Source of the DNA: Mobula hypostoma
Lineage: Eukaryota
Length of the DNA: 64,000 nucleotides
NCBI RefSeq assembly: GCF_963921235.1
Contig: NC_086097.1
Coordinates: 113,896,001-113,960,000, forward strand
Reading direction: 5' to 3'
Translations under genes and position numbers: made by a program
Part shown: positions 13,070 through 26,339 of the stretch, one piece after another
Layout: every line of letters begins with the position of its first letter
Numbering within the stretch: the stretch's first letter is position 1
The notes under the pieces: generated by a model
Database searches by the model: none
What the model was told of the DNA's origin: nothing
The model's input: only the letters and a program-made list of their open reading frames with translations

Positions 13070-13592
13070 TGACAAGAAATAAGCAGTAAGACAATTCAGA
13101 ATTGTTTTGCTTTCTGCAGTTTCAAGCGTTAAGGCTTGGAGATGCCACTAACGGCTGAAAGTGAAAATAAAATGATTCCACTTCTTCAACAAATTAGAAA
13201 CTATGAAGAATTTGAAGATATCGACAATCATCTCGACTGAGAGGATGCTGTTGTTGATAGTGTTGTATAAATGTAGTCCATTATCTGTTCTAGGTATCTG
13301 TGCTGACTTTGTTCATTTACAGACAATCAAAGGAACATGGCAGTGCAAAATGGATGAATTCCTCCATCGATAAAGAACTAATCCACAGTTTTATTGTAGT
13401 GTAATAGTATTGGTAGTGTTCTAATTTGTTCAGTAGTTCATTTAAGTACATAATTTGTTACTCAGTTAAACAGTAGTTAGTCTTTTTAAACTATTTTAAA
13501 GATTTCCACGAAACTTCAGCTCACTGGAATAGCCGCTTAACTGGGTCAAAATGTATCATCTTTGATATGTTGCCATTAGTGGGAATCCATTA
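13070..13592 (+). mobile_element. pogo/Tigger-like DNA transposon 3' relic
   Basis: ISSKTIQNCFA resembles a pogo transposase C-terminus. The end GCCATTAGTGGGAATCCATTA resembles a decayed CAGTGGATTCC-type TIR. Confidence 0.5.
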
Positions 13593-14384
13593 AATATATA
13601 TGTACAATTAAATTAAATAAATACTGCAGAAAGAGAACCCAAAAAATTGCATGCTAAGAGCCAAAAAATAGTCATGCACAAATTACCATTTTCCATTTCT
13701 CACTGTTGGCTCCAGAGACTGGAAGAGCTTGCAGGGGAGGGGGGAGGGCGGAGGGAGGCAGAAAGATGATTTTTTAAAACATTTAATTAAGAACAAACAA
13801 TAGGTCCTTGGGCAAGGTTCTTGAGCTGAGATGAACTTTCCCAAGATGCAGGAACACTCACCCATCAATAATGTGAACATGATTCCACTTCAAAATGGAA
13901 TGCAATTTGCATAAATAGAGAGTTAATCCTGCTCTCTTACAGTCAAGGTGCAGCCTTGGGGAAAAGTATAGAGCTCACTTCCATCACCCCGTAGTAGATC
14001 ATTTTAGTAGAGTCAACTAAAAGCAGGCGGTTCTCAAAAAGCAGTAAGAGAGGCAAATGAAGACTCTTCACTGAGCCTTTTAGTATGTTTTCTAATCAGC
14101 AGCTATGAAAATTTACTTCATAAAAGGATGGCCTGCATCCTATTTTGTGTTCACAAAGATGTTAGTCCCTCTGAGTATCTTTGAAATTCACTGACATCAC
14201 TGTGGATGAGTCCTGCACCATTAAAATCCTGGGGGTTCACCGTAGACCTGAAAATTCACCGGACAAACCACATAAATACCGCAGTCCCAGAGCAAGTTGG
14301 AGGCAGGGTAAGGGTGTCGTGGGTAACTTACTGTCTGCTTAAACTCATTAGAAGACCTAAACACACACAAGTCAGGACACGTCA

Positions 14385-15460
14385 CCACCATTGATGCTGC
14401 CCTCACCTGCATCACCTCCATTTTCAGGACAGTTGCTCCTCTTCCTGTCACCTTAACAGGGACAGAGTTCCTTGTGTCTTCACCTGCTAACTTTAGAGCC
14501 TCTACACTCCAGCCCGTCATTCCTGACAACTTCTGCTAGCTTCAACAGGACTCTACCTCTAAACACAATTTTTTTACCTGCCCCTCACTCTCCACTTTCC
14601 AAAGGGAACGCTGCCTCCAGGATTCCCTTGTCCATTCATCCCTCCGCACTGATCTCCTTCCTGAACTTATCTCTGCAAGCAGTAAAAGTACTACACCGGC
14701 CTATTCACCTCCTCCCTCACCTCCATTCAGGGCCCCAAACAATTCTTCCAGGTGAGAGAACATTTCACTTGCAGATCTGTTGGGGTTGTCTACTTTATCC
14801 AGTGCTCCCAATGCAGCCTCCTCGACATTGGTGAGACATGATGTAGATTGGGAGCCCACTTTGTTGAGACCTTCACTTCATCCACAAAAAGTAGGATTTC
14901 CTGGCGGCCAGCCGTCTGAATTCCAACCTCCATACCCATTATGGTATGTTGGCTAATGGCCTCCTCTACTGCCAAGATGAGGCCATTTTCCAGTTGGAGG
15001 AGAAACGCTTCATATTCTGAATGGGTACCCTTCAACCTTATAGCATCGATTTCTCCAACTTCTGGTCATTTTCCTCCTCCTCCATTCCTCTTCTTCAGTT
15101 CTCCATTATGGCTTCCCTCTTGCCTCTTCTTTTCCTCTCACCTGCCTATCAACACCCCTCCTCCCAGTGCCCCTCCTCCTTCCATTTCTCCCATGATCCA
15201 CTCTCCTCTCCTATCAGATTCCTTCTCCTGCAGCCCTCCACCTTGTTCATGTATCACCTCCCAGCTTCTCACTTCACCCCCGTTCCCCACCTGGCTTCAC
15301 CTATCACCTTCTAGCTCCTACTCCTTCCCCTCTCCCACCTTCTTATTCCGGCTTTTCCACCTTCCTTTCCAGTCCTGAAGAAGGGTCTCGGCCAGAAATG
15401 CTGACTGTGTATCCCTTTCCACAGAAGATGCTGACCCACTGAGTTCCTCTGTGTATGTTA
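14385..15460 (+). mobile_element. Penelope-like element 3' fragment (GIY-YIG region plus terminus)
   Basis: Colinear with the 37-38.3 kb PLE (NRDRVPCV, IQCSQCSLLDIGET, QLEEKRFIF). Hammerhead-like terminus at 15370-15407. Confidence 0.8.
15370..15407 (+). ncRNA. Degenerate minimal type-I hammerhead ribozyme motif (PLE terminus)
   Basis: CAGTC-CTGAAGA-AGGGTCTCGGCCA-GAAA-TGCT-GACTG. Stem I (CAGTC/GACTG) is intact; stem III and the cleavage triplet are mutated. Confidence 0.6.
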
Positions 15461-15904
15461 CAGTGAATTGTGTCAACGACCAACAGAGTCTGAGGTTTTA
15501 TAATTGCTTATTAATGCCAAGAAGGCACAAATCAGGAATATCCTCCATTTGCTAATTGAGTGCTGTTCAAATAACACTTTAAAAAAGATGCTTTCCACAT
15601 TCCAGGATCAAGGCTGCTACCATGTTCCTTCCAACATGGCTGCAACATTTACCACTTACAGGTTGACACCAAGGCTACTCTGACTGCTCCTATCAACATG
15701 TGGCCTCTACCACTGCCCCCCCAGACAGACAAGGGCTTCAAACACATGGGAATACTACCATTTGCAGATTCCCCCCAAGCTGCATATAATCACTGATTTC
15801 TCAGTGTTGTCGAGTTGAAGTTCTGGAATGGGCATCCCAGCACTACTGTGGAGTATCTTCACCAAGAGCCTCAAGTAAGCAACTCACTATCATTTTCTCA
15901 AAAA

Positions 15905-16085
15905 CACAGCGATGCAGTAGTTGGCACTGGAGCTCACATCTCTAGAGTCCTGGGTTCGATCCTGAGCTCAGGTGCTGGCTGAGAAAAACTTGCACAATCT
16001 TTTGTAACCATGAGGGCTTCCACAATATATTCTGGTTTCCTTCTTCATCTCAATGAGGTGCTGGTGGGTTATTTGGCTAACGTAG
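15905..16085 (+). mobile_element. V-SINE fragment
   Basis: B-box GGGTTCGATCC and a decayed V-domain (TCTGGTTTCCTTCTTCATCTCAA). Confidence 0.55.
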
Positions 16086-16134
16086 CTTCATACTTCAATC
16101 AGGTTATTGGCTAAAATAAACCTAAAGAGAACAG

Positions 16135-16635
16135 TCAGAGTCCTAATTATATTGATGACCGATCATTATTAGTGATAGGAAAATCCATAATAACTGAATA
16201 GATATAACATTACAGGATAAACAACTAAGGACAACTTAATTAATAGATTTAGCATTCTAAACACACATAACATGCAGAAATCAAAAAGTGAAAAATACCA
16301 AAAATATTCTGAATTAAAAGAGGAAATCGAAAGACTATGAAAAGAATTAAAAGACTATGGAACATGAAGTGGGTAATTTTGTTCCAGTAGTAATATCCAC
16401 TGGTATCATCCCAAAGTCGCTAAATAATAGCATTAAACAATCAGATTTACCCAGCAATATTTATGTAAATCTCCAGAAAGCCACAATACTAAACATCACC
16501 AGAATAGTCCAAAAGTTCCAAACAATTGAGAAATGAGTGTGCTTGGCTATGCTCATACCTCAGGTTTTACCAGCTTGAGCTGAGAAAAAATAAAGATACA
16601 ATAATAATAATAATAATAATAATAGTAATAATAAA
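16135..16635 (+). mobile_element. R4/Dong-clade non-LTR retrotransposon 3' fragment (restriction-like endonuclease) ending in (TAA)n
   Basis: Frameshifted RLE: DITLQDKQ...LIDLA...EKYQKYSELKEEIERL...VPVVISTGIIPKSL...LQKATILNITRIVQKF. A short 3' UTR is followed by (AAT)n at about 16600-16635. Confidence 0.8.
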
Positions 16636-16680
16636 TGCATAAATAAATAAAACTGAGAACATGAGGTGTAGTAATCCAAT

Positions 16681-16813
16681 CACAAACAAGAGAAAACCTG
16701 CAGATGCAGGAAATCCAAGCAACACACACAAAATGCTGGAGGAACTCAGCAGGCCAGGCAGCATCTATGGAAAAGAGTGCAGTTGACGTTTCAGTCCAAG
16801 ACCCTTCAGCAGT
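16681..16813 (-). mobile_element. Short PLE-terminus fragment with variant hammerhead core
   Basis: Minus strand CTGCTGA-AGGGTCTTGGACT-GAAAC-GTC-AACT, followed by TGCTGCCTGGCCTGCTGAGTTCCTCCAGCATTTTGTGTGTGTTGC. Confidence 0.75.
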
Positions 16814-19640
16814 CCTGATGGTGGGAGTCTTTGATGATGAATGCTGCTTTCTTGTGGCAGGGCTCTTTATAAATGTGCTCAATGCTGCAGAGTGCTTTTC
16901 CTGTAATTGATGTTTCCATACCAGACTGTGAAGCAACCAGTCAGGATACTTTCCACGGTGCATCTATTGAGCTGTGTCAGAGTTTTAGATGACGTACTGA
17001 ATCTGCACAAACTTCAAAGAAAGCAGAGGCACTGCTGAGCTTTCTTTGTAATGGCATTTATGTGTTAGTCCCAGGACAGATTCTCTGATATGATAATGCC
17101 CAGGAATTTAAAGTTACCGACCCTTTCCACCTCCAATGCTCTAAAGAGCACTGGCTCATGCACCTCAAATTTCTTCCTCCTGCCGTCAATAATCAGCTCT
17201 TGGGTTTTACTGAAGTTGAGTGAGAGTTATTGTTGTGACACCCTTTACTAAATTTTCAATCGCCCTCCTATTTGCTGATGCATCACCACCTTTGATTTGA
17301 CTAATGACAGTGGTGTCGTCAGCAAACCTGAATATGGCATTGGAACTGTACAGTCATTAGTGTAAAACAAGTAGAGCAGGGGTCTGAGCACACAGACTTG
17401 GGTGCACCTGTGCTGATGGTGATTGTGGAGGAGAAGTTGTTTCCAATCCGAACTAATTGTGGTTTGCAAGTGAGGAAATCGAAGCTCCATTTACACAAGG
17501 AGGTACCGAGGCCTAGGTCTTGGAGCTTACTGATTAGTTTTGAGGGCGTGATAGTGTTAAATGTTGAGCTGCAGTCAATGAAAAGCATTTTTGTCTATGT
17601 GTCTTCACTCTCCAGATGTTCCAGAGCTGAGTAGAGAGCCAGTGAAATAGCAACTGCTGTGGAACTTTTGTGACAATGGGCAAATTGGAATGGATCCAAG
17701 TTGCTCTGTAGGCCTGAGTTGATGTGCTTCATGGCCAAGGCCAACCTCTCAAATCACTTCATCACAGTGGATGCAAGTGCTGCTGATGATAGTCAGTGAG
17801 GCAGGTTACCACGTTCTTCTTGGGCACTGGTATGACTGAAGCCTGTGTGAAGTAGGTGAGCATCTCAGATTGCTGAAATGAGAGCTTAAAGATATCAGTA
17901 AGCACTCCAGCCAGTTGCTTAGCAAAAGTCTTTAGTAATCAGCCAGGTACACTGTCTGGGCCAGATACTTTCATGGGTTCACCCTCGGGATCAGAATCAG
18001 GTCTAATATCAGAAGCATACATCATGAAATTTGCTGTTTTGTGGCAGCAGTACAGTACAATACGGAATAAAATAGACTATAATAATATATATTAAACAAG
18101 TAGCGCAAAAAGAGAAAAAATAATAGTGAGGTAGTGTCCATGGGTTCTTTGTCCATTCTGAAATCTGATGGCGGAGGGAAAGAAGCTGATACTAATGTGT
18201 GTTTTCAGGCTCTGTACCTCCTCTCTGATGATAGTAATGAGAAGAGGGCATGTCCTGGGTGATGTGGACCTTAATGATGGATGCCACCTTTTTGAGGCAT
18301 CACCTTTTGAAGATGTTATTGATGCTGGGAAGGCCAGTGCCTATAATGGAGCTGGCTGAGTTTGCAACTTTCTCCAGTTTTTTTCAATCCAGTGCAGTGG
18401 CCCTTCTATACCAAACAGTGATACAACCAGTTAGAATGTTTTCTATGATACGGCTGTAGAAATTTGCTTGGGTCATTGGTGTCATACCAAATCTCCTCAA
18501 ACTCCAATGAAGTTGTGTCTTGTTTGCAATTTTATCAGTGTGTTGGATAGATTTTCAGAGATGTTGACACCCAAGAACTTGAAATTGCTAACCCTTTTCA
18601 CTGCCAATCACCTGATGAGGACTAGCGTATGTTCCTTCGACTACCCCTTCCTGAAATACACAATCAATTCCTTGGCCTTACGGAGTATGACGTTGTTGCC
18701 CCATGTCACTCCTGATGAAGATGCTCTCACGTCAGCCTCAGAGACTGAAATCACAGAGTTGTCGGGAGTTGCAGGAGTTTGTGAAGGTGCTTCTGTGTTT
18801 TGCCGGTCAAAGCGAGCATAAAAGGCAATGATCTCATCTGGGAGCAAAACCTTACTTTTATTTCTATCTCCCGGTTTTTTTTGTAGGAGGTGATAGCATT
18901 CAAACCCTGCCATAGCTGTCCGGTATCCTTCTGTGTTTCATGTTTGATCTGGAGTTGCCACTTCGGATGTGAGAAGGCTTTCTGGAGGCCATACCGGGAC
19001 CTCTTGTACTTTCCTCGGTCACCAAACTTGAATGTCACTGTTCTAGCCCTCAGCAGAATGCGGACCTCTTGGTTCATCCAGGGCTTCCAAAAGGGGAAGA
19101 CTCTGATTGATGTTGTGGGTACACACTGGCCCACGAGTGTCTTTATAAAGTCCGTGACAGCCATGGCATGTTTATTGAGGTCCTCTGATGAGTCCCTGAA
19201 CATGGCCCTGCCCACTGACTTGAGCAATGCCACAGCTACTTTTCAGCCCCCGTGACCACCTCTTTCTTGTCCTTACCTCTGTTGCCTTGCTCTTTAGCCA
19301 CTGCCTGTATGCAGATCGGAGGAGGACAGCCAGATGATCAGATTTCCGGAAATGAAGTCTAGAGATGGAATGGTAGGTATTTTTGAGGGTAGTGTAACTG
19401 GTTGAATGTGTTGGGACCCCTGGTGCTGTAGGTGATATGTTTGATAATTGGGCAACAATTCTTCAAACAAGCCAGATTGAAGTAATCGGCAATGATATGA
19501 AAAGCTGTTTCTTGCTTGCTTACCGCGGCACTCAATACATTGAATACTTGCTTAACGTCTGCCTTTGGTGATAAGTAAACTACAGTCAGAATCTAGGAGA
19601 ACCCTCTTGATAGGTAGAATGGCTGGCACTTTAGCATTAG
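16814..19640 (-). mobile_element. Rex1/Babar LINE (APE to RT, decayed), interrupted by a second Rex fragment
   Basis: AVTDFIKTLVGQCVPTTSIRVFPFWKPWMNQEVR and [26 protein letters not shown]. The sequence rejoins across 17986/18711. Confidence 0.85.
17990..18710 (-). mobile_element. Nested Rex1/Babar 3' fragment
   Basis: [34 protein letters not shown]; tail CAGAATCAG at about 17992. Confidence 0.75.
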
Positions 19641-19995
19641 ATTAGACTGGAGGGATTGAGTTATAAAGAGCTTTTAGACAGCGGTGACCCTATAGAGATT
19701 TATAAAATTACCAGGGGTAATTTCCTGGGGTAGGGATGTGTAAATCTAGGGGGCATTGATGTAAGGTTGGAGGGGGAAAATTTAGAAGGAATCTGGAGGG
19801 CGAACTTTTATGGAGTGGATGGTGGGTATGTGGAATTACCTGCCAGAAAAGGTGGTATAGGCAAATACAATTACAACATTTAAAATACTTTCAGACAAGT
19901 ACATGGGTCAATTTCAGGCCAATGGGATTTGCTTAAACAGGTACTTTCATTGGCAGGGATGAATGGGCTATAGGGCCTGTTTCTATGCTGTGGAG
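19641..19995 (+). mobile_element. Old CR1 3' fragment
   Basis: GDPIEIYKI-like CR1 C-terminus; GGGCCTGTTTCTATGCTGT 3' UTR end. Confidence 0.6.
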
Positions 19996-20468
19996 CTCAT
20001 GTATCAGCTCCCATTCACATCTGACCCCATTCAAGTGCTCTGGCCATAGTCCACGGATAACATACTCGATTTAGAGTCAGTGCCACTTAGCATCCATGCC
20101 AGTAGTTACCTTCCTGGGAGAACTGTTGATCAAAGATTGTCATAGTCCTTTTCCTGATTAAATCAGAGTGGATTACTTTTGTTAGTAAATTTCTTCCAAA
20201 TACTCAAGATTTTAAGATTCATGTTCAGAAGCCCTTGAGTTTGTGACCCAATCTGATAAAAATAATCAGCGTCGTCATTATGAAAATATTCCTATATGAC
20301 ATTAATATTTTATTCTCAGGATACTCTACCACTAATTAAACCTTACAAACTTACAGCACATAGTATGCAGATAACTCAAGTGAAATTGTCAATCACAGAT
20401 CGTAAAATTTCCTTGAGAACTGAAAACTGATAATATTTTGTAAAGATTTGCAACAACATTGCAGTTGT

Positions 20469-21596
20469 ATGGGTATGGTATTGATGTGGATAGAAAATTG
20501 GTTGGCAGACAGGAAGCAAAGAGTAGGAATAAACGGAACCTTTTCAGAATGGCAGACAGTGACTAGTGGGGTACCGCAAGGCTCAGTGCTGGGACCCCAG
20601 TTGTTTACAATATGTATTAATGACTTAGACGAGGGAATTAAATGCAGCATCTCCAAGTCTGCGGATGACACAAAGCTGGGCGGCAGTGTTAGCTGTGAGG
20701 AGGATGCTAAGAGGATGCAGGGTGACTTGGATAGGTTAGGTGAGTGGGCAAATTCACGGCAGATGCAATTTAATGTGGATAAATGTGAAGTTATCCACTT
20801 TGGTGGCAAGAACAGGAAAACAGATTATTATCTGAATGGTGGCCAGTTAGGAAAAGGGGAGGTGCAACGAGACCTGGGTGTCATTGTACACCAGTCATTG
20901 AAAATGGGCATGCAGGTACAGCAGGCGGTGAAAAAGGCGAATGGTATGCTGGCATTCATAGCAAGAGGATTTAAGTACAGGAGCAGGGAGGTACTACTGC
21001 AGTTGTACAAGGCCTTGGTGAGACCACACCTGGAGTATTGTGTGCAGTTTTGGTCCCCTAATCTGAGGAAAGACATTCTTGCCATAGAGGGAGTACAAAG
21101 AATGTTCACCAGGTTGATTCCTGGGATGGCAGGACTTTCATATGATGAAAGACTGGATTGATTAGGCTTATACTCTCTGAAATTTAGAAGATTGAGGGGG
21201 GATCTGATTGAAACGTATAAAATTCTGAAGGGATTGGACAGGCTAGATGCAGGAAGATTGTTCCCGATGTTGGGGAGGTCCAGAACGAGGGGTCACAGTT
21301 TGAGGATAAAGGGGAAGCCTTTTAGGACCGAGATGAAGAAAAATTTCTTCACACAGAGAGTGGTGAATCTGTGGAATTCTCTGCCACAGGAAACAGTTGA
21401 GGCCAGTTCATTGGCTATATTTAAGAGGGAGTTAGATATGGCCCTTGAGGCTAAAGGGATCAGGGGGTATAGAGAGAAGGCAGGTACAGGGTTCTGAGTT
21501 GGATGATCAGCCATGATCATACTGAATGGCGGTGCAGGCTTGAAGGGCCGAATGGCCTACTCCTGCACCTATTTTCTATGTTTCTATGTTTCTATG
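20469..21596 (+). mobile_element. Young 5'-truncated CR1 LINE (RT C-terminal half plus 3' UTR)
   Basis: [14 protein letters not shown]...[12 protein letters not shown]...LVRPHLEYCVQFWSP; (TTTCTATG)n tail. Same family as the copies at 22.7-26.4 and 47.1-50.2 kb. Confidence 0.95.
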
Positions 21597-22094
21597 TTTC
21601 CAGTGACAGAGTTGGAAGATTATCAAAATGATTAAAGTGATCATTCAGGCAAAATGAAATGCTGCTTATTTCTTGTCTATTTATGCTCCTATGCAGTACG
21701 CTGGTCTTTCAGTTACTGAATAAACATTAAAGGTCATTTGTTTTTCTCCCCTTTGGTTCGTGCTGATAGTTCTGTCAATGTGCAAATGAGGCTGCAGTAA
21801 CCTGATACACACACAGCTGCGGAGGAAGCAAATATGCTATGGCTTGTTGACACTGGTTTCAATAGTACTGGTTAATTAGTTCAATGGCGACCTCTGTTAT
21901 TCTGAAAATCCTATTCCTGTTCCAATCATATGTTTGAGTCTTAAAGTTCCCTTCGAATGAATTAATAAACTATTAGTTCTGATGGCAATTAGGAATAGGT
22001 AATGGATGCCCTTGCCATAACCCGTAAACAAAAAAAGGGGAAAATAAGCATCAAACCTTAATTGACATAAAAATTGAATTCTTCCACTCCTAAA

Positions 22095-22366
22095 TTGAGT
22101 CCAACCTATGAACAGATTCCACAACCTATGGGCTCACTTTTGAGGACCCTACAATTCATGTCCTCAACATAATTAATTTATTTATTATCTTTTTTTGTAT
22201 TTGCATAGTTTATCTTCTACATCTCATTTGTTTGTCTGTCTTTGCGTGTAGTTTTCTATCGATTTTATTGTATTTCTTTGTTCTACTGTGAATGCCTCAA
22301 AGAAAATGAATCTCAGGGTTAATATATCGTGACCTACTGTATCCGTACTTTGCTTTGACCCTTGAA
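22095..22366 (+). mobile_element. Rex1/Babar 3' UTR fragment
   Basis: Matches 2640-2933 (CACAACCTATGGGCTCACTTT...GAATCTCAGGGTT...TTGAAC). Confidence 0.7.
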
Positions 22367-22823
22367 CATTTTTCTCAGTTAGAATCAAATAGGTTGCTGG
22401 ATTAAATGTGAACCATTGGCCAGAATGGGAAATAATGGCTGAGTTCCTTCTCTGAACAATGTGAACTTCTATGAAAATAATTTTAGTAATCTAATAGTAA
22501 TTTTAGTAACTTGTAACTTGTATTTTCATTGCCTATTGTTTGTATTCCAAATATTGCTCCAGATCAATAATCTGGGCTTCCTACCACCATGTTACCATCC
22601 TCTCTGTGAACATTATGGGATTGGGCTGAGGGAAGTGCATGGCTATCCCTTCATGTACAGGGTGGACCAGTAACCTGGTTGAGTATTGGTTTATATAAAA
22701 TGTCCCTATATAAGAATTAACTCTTTTAGAAACATAGAAACATAGAAAATAAGTGCAGGAGTTGGCCATTCGGCCCTTCAAGCCTGCACCGCCATTTATT
22801 ATGATCATGGCTGATCATCCAAC

Positions 22824-25800
22824 TCAGAACCCCACCCCAGCCTTCCCTCCATACCCCCTGAGCCCCGTAGCCACAAGGGCCATATCTAACTCCCTCTTAA
22901 ATATAGCCAACGAACCGGCCTCAACAGTTTGCTGTGGCAGAGAATTCCACAGATTCACCACTCTCTGTGTGAAGAAGTTTTTCCTAATCTCGGTCCTAAA
23001 AGGCTTCCCCTCTATCCTCAAACGGTGGACCCTCGTTCTGGACTTCCCCAACATCGGGAACAATCTTCCTGCATCTAGCCTGTCCAATCCCTTGAGGATC
23101 TTATACGTTTCAATCAGATCCCCAAGTACAAGCCCAGTTCATCCAGTCTTTCTTCATATGAAAGTCCTGCCATCCCAGGAATCAATCTGGTGAACCTTCT
23201 TTGTACTCCCTCAATGGCAAAGATGTCTTTCCTCAGATTAGGGGACCAAAACTGCACACAATACTCCAGGTGTGGTCTCACCAAGGCCTTGTACAACTGC
23301 AGTAGTACCTCCCTGCTCCTGTACTCGAATCCTCTTGCTATAAATGCCAGCATACCATTCGTCTTTTTCACCGCCTGCTGTACCTGCATGCCCACTTTCA
23401 ATGACTGGTGTATAATGACGCCCAGGTCTCGTTGCACCTCCCCTTTTCCTAACTGGCCACCATTCAGATAATAATCTGTTTTCCTATTTTTGCCACCAAA
23501 GTGGATAACTTCACATTTATCCACATTAAATTGCATCTGCCATGAATTTGCCCACTCACCCAACCTATCCAAGTCACCCTGCATCCTCTAGCATCCTCCT
23601 CACTGCTAACACTGCCACCCAGCTTCGTGTCATCCGCAAACTTGGAGATGCTGTATTTAATTCCCTCATCCAAGTCATTAATATATATTGTAAACAACTG
23701 GGGTCCCAGCACTGAGCCTTGCGGTACCCCACTAGTCACCGCCTGCCATTCTGAAAAGGTCCCGTTTATTCCCACTCTTTGCTTCCTGTCTGCTAACCAA
23801 TTCTCCACCCACACCAATACCTTACCCCCAATACCGTGTGCTTTAAGTTTGCACACTAATCTCCTGTGTGGGACCTTGTCAAAAGCCTTTTGAAAATCCA
23901 AATATACCACATCCACTGGTTCTCCCCTATTCACTCTACTAGTTACATCCTCAAAAAATTCTATGATATTCGTCAGACATGATTTTCCTTTCACAAATCC
24001 ATGCTGACTTTGTCCGATGATTTCATCGCTTTCCAAATGTGCTGTTATCACATCTTTGATAACTGACTCCAGCAGTTTCCCCACCACCGATGTTAGGCTA
24101 ACCGGTCTATAATTCCCCGGTTTCTCTCTCCCTCCTTTTTTAAAAAGTAGGGTTACATTAGCCACCCTCCAATCCTCAGGAACTAGTCCAGAATCTAACG
24201 AGTTTTGAAAAATTGTCACTAATGCATCCACTATTTCTTGGGCTACTTCCTTAAGCACTCTAGGATGCAGACCATCTGGCCCTGGGGATTTATCTGCCTT
24301 CAATCCCTTCAATTTACCTAACACCACTTCCCTACTAACATGTATTTCGCTCAGTTCCTCCATCTCACTGGACCCTCTGTCCCTTACTATTTCTGGAAGA
24401 TTATTTATGTCCTCCTTAGTGAAGACAGAACCAAAGTAATTATTCAATTGGTCTGCCATGTCCTTGCTCCCCATAATCAATTCACCTGTTTCTGTCTGCA
24501 GGGGACCTACATTTGTCTTTACCAGTCTTTTCCTTTTTACATATCTATAAAAGCTTTTACAGTCTGTTTTTATGTTCCCTGCCAGTGTTCTCTCATAATC
24601 TTTTTTCCCCTTCCTAATTAAGCCCTTTGTCCTCCTCTGCTGAACTCTGAATTTCTCCCAGTCCTCAGGTGAGCCACTTTCTCTGGCTAATTTGTATGCT
24701 TCTTCTTTGGAATTGATACTATCCCTAATTTCTCTTGTCAGCCACGGGTGCACTACCTTCCTTGATTTATTCTTTTGCCAAACTGGGATGAACAATTGTT
24801 GTAGTTCATCCATGCAACCTTTAAATGCTTGCCATTGCATAACCACCGTCAATCCTTTAAGTGTCACTTGCCAGTCTATCTTAGCTAATTCACGTCTCAT
24901 ACCTTCAAAGTTACCCCTCTTTAAGTTCAGAACCTTTGTTTCTGAATTAACTATGTCACTCTCCATCTTAATGAAGAATTCCACCATATTATGGTCACTC
25001 TTACCCAAGGGGCCTCTCACGACAAGATCGCTAATTAACCCTTCCTCATTGCTCAAAACCCAGTCCAGAATAGCCTGCTCTCTGGTTGGTTCCTCGACAT
25101 GTTGGTTCAAAAAACCATCCCCCATACATTCCAAGAAATCCTCTTCCTCAGCACCTTTACCAATTTGGTTCACCCAGTCTACATGTAGATTGAAGTCACC
25201 CATTATAACTGCTGTTCCTTTATTGCACACATTTCTAATTTCCTGTTTAATACCATCTCTGACCTCACTACTACTGTTAGGTGGCCTGTACACAACTCCC
25301 ACCAGCGTCTTCTGCCCCTTAGTGTTACGCAGCTCTACCCATATCGATTCCACATCTTCCTGGCTTATGTCCTTCCTTTCTATTGCGTTAATCTCTTCTT
25401 TAACCAGCAACGCCACCCCACCTCCCCTTCCTTCATGTCTATCCCTCCTGAATATTGAATATCCCTGAACGTTGAGCTCCCATCCCTGGTCACCCTGGAG
25501 CCATGTCTCTGTGATCCCAACTATATCATAATCATTAATAACAATCTGCACTTTCAATTCATCCACCTTATTACGAATGCTCTTTGCATTGACACATAAA
25601 GCCTTCAGGTGCTCTTTTACAACTCTCTCAGCCCTTGTACAATTATGTTGAAAAGTGGCCCTTTTTAATGCTTGCCCTGGATTTGTCGGCCTGCCACTTT
25701 TACTTTTCTCCTTTGTACTTTTTGCTTCTACCCTCACTTTACACCCTTCTGTCTCTCTGCACTGGTTCCCATCCCTCTGTTGTGAACTAACCTCCTCACG

Positions 25801-25833
25801 CCTAGCCTCTTTAATTTGATTCCCACCCCCCAA
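22824..25833 (-). pseudogene. CR1 ORF2 (APE endonuclease plus reverse transcriptase), disrupted
   Basis: 789-aa ORF at 23464-25833 with [43 protein letters not shown] and FADD. A frameshift near 23590 and a short deletion near 23122 break the C-terminus. Confidence 0.92.
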
Positions 25834-25838
25834 CCATT

Positions 25839-26339
25839 CTAGTTTAAAGTCACCTCAGTAGCCCCCGCTAATCTCCCTGCCAGGATATTGGTCCCCCTAG
25901 GATTCAAGTGTAACCCGTCCTTTTTGTACAGGTCACGCCTGCGCCAAAAGAGGTCCCAATGATCCAAAAACTTGAATCCCTGCCCCCTGCTCCAATCCCT
26001 CAGCCACACATTTATCCTCCACCTCATCGCATTCCTACTCTCACTGTCGCGTGGCACAGGCAGTAATCCCGAGATTACTACCTTTGCGGTCCTTTTTCTC
26101 AACTCCCTTCCTAGCTCCCTATATTCTCCTTTCAGGACCTCATCCCTTTTCCTACCTATGTCATTGGTACCTATATGTACCACGACCTCTGGCTCCTCAC
26201 CCTCCCACTTCAGGATATCTTGGACACGATCAGAAATATCCCGGACCCTGGCACCAGGGAGGCAAACTACCATCCGGGTCTCTGGACTGCGTCCACAGAA
26301 TCGCCTATCTGACCCCCTTACTATCGAGTCCCCTATCAC
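25839..26339 (-). CDS. CR1 ORF1 C-terminal SGNH/GDSL esterase-like domain (5'-truncated)
   Basis: IGDSIVRG...CLPGA...[10 protein letters not shown]...DGLHLN correspond to SGNH blocks I, II, III and V. Confidence 0.85.
   Translation of the reverse strand: MIGDSIVRGSDRRFCGRSPETRMVVCLPGARVRDISDRVQDILKWEGEEPEVVVHIGTNDIGRKRDEVLKGEYRELGRELRKRTAKVVISGLLPVPRDSESRNAMRWRINVWLRDWSRGQGFKFLDHWDLFWRRRDLYKKDGLHLNPRGTNILAGRLAGATEVTLN

Noticed and set aside
16553..16963. ORFs with poly-Tyr or poly-Ile
   Set aside because: They are translations of the (TAA)n microsatellite and adjoining repeats.
24692..25468. 258-aa plus-strand ORF and similar antisense ORFs (49102-49880, 55206-55787, 53551-54039)
   Set aside because: They are antisense shadows of CR1 ORFs with no independent domain signal.
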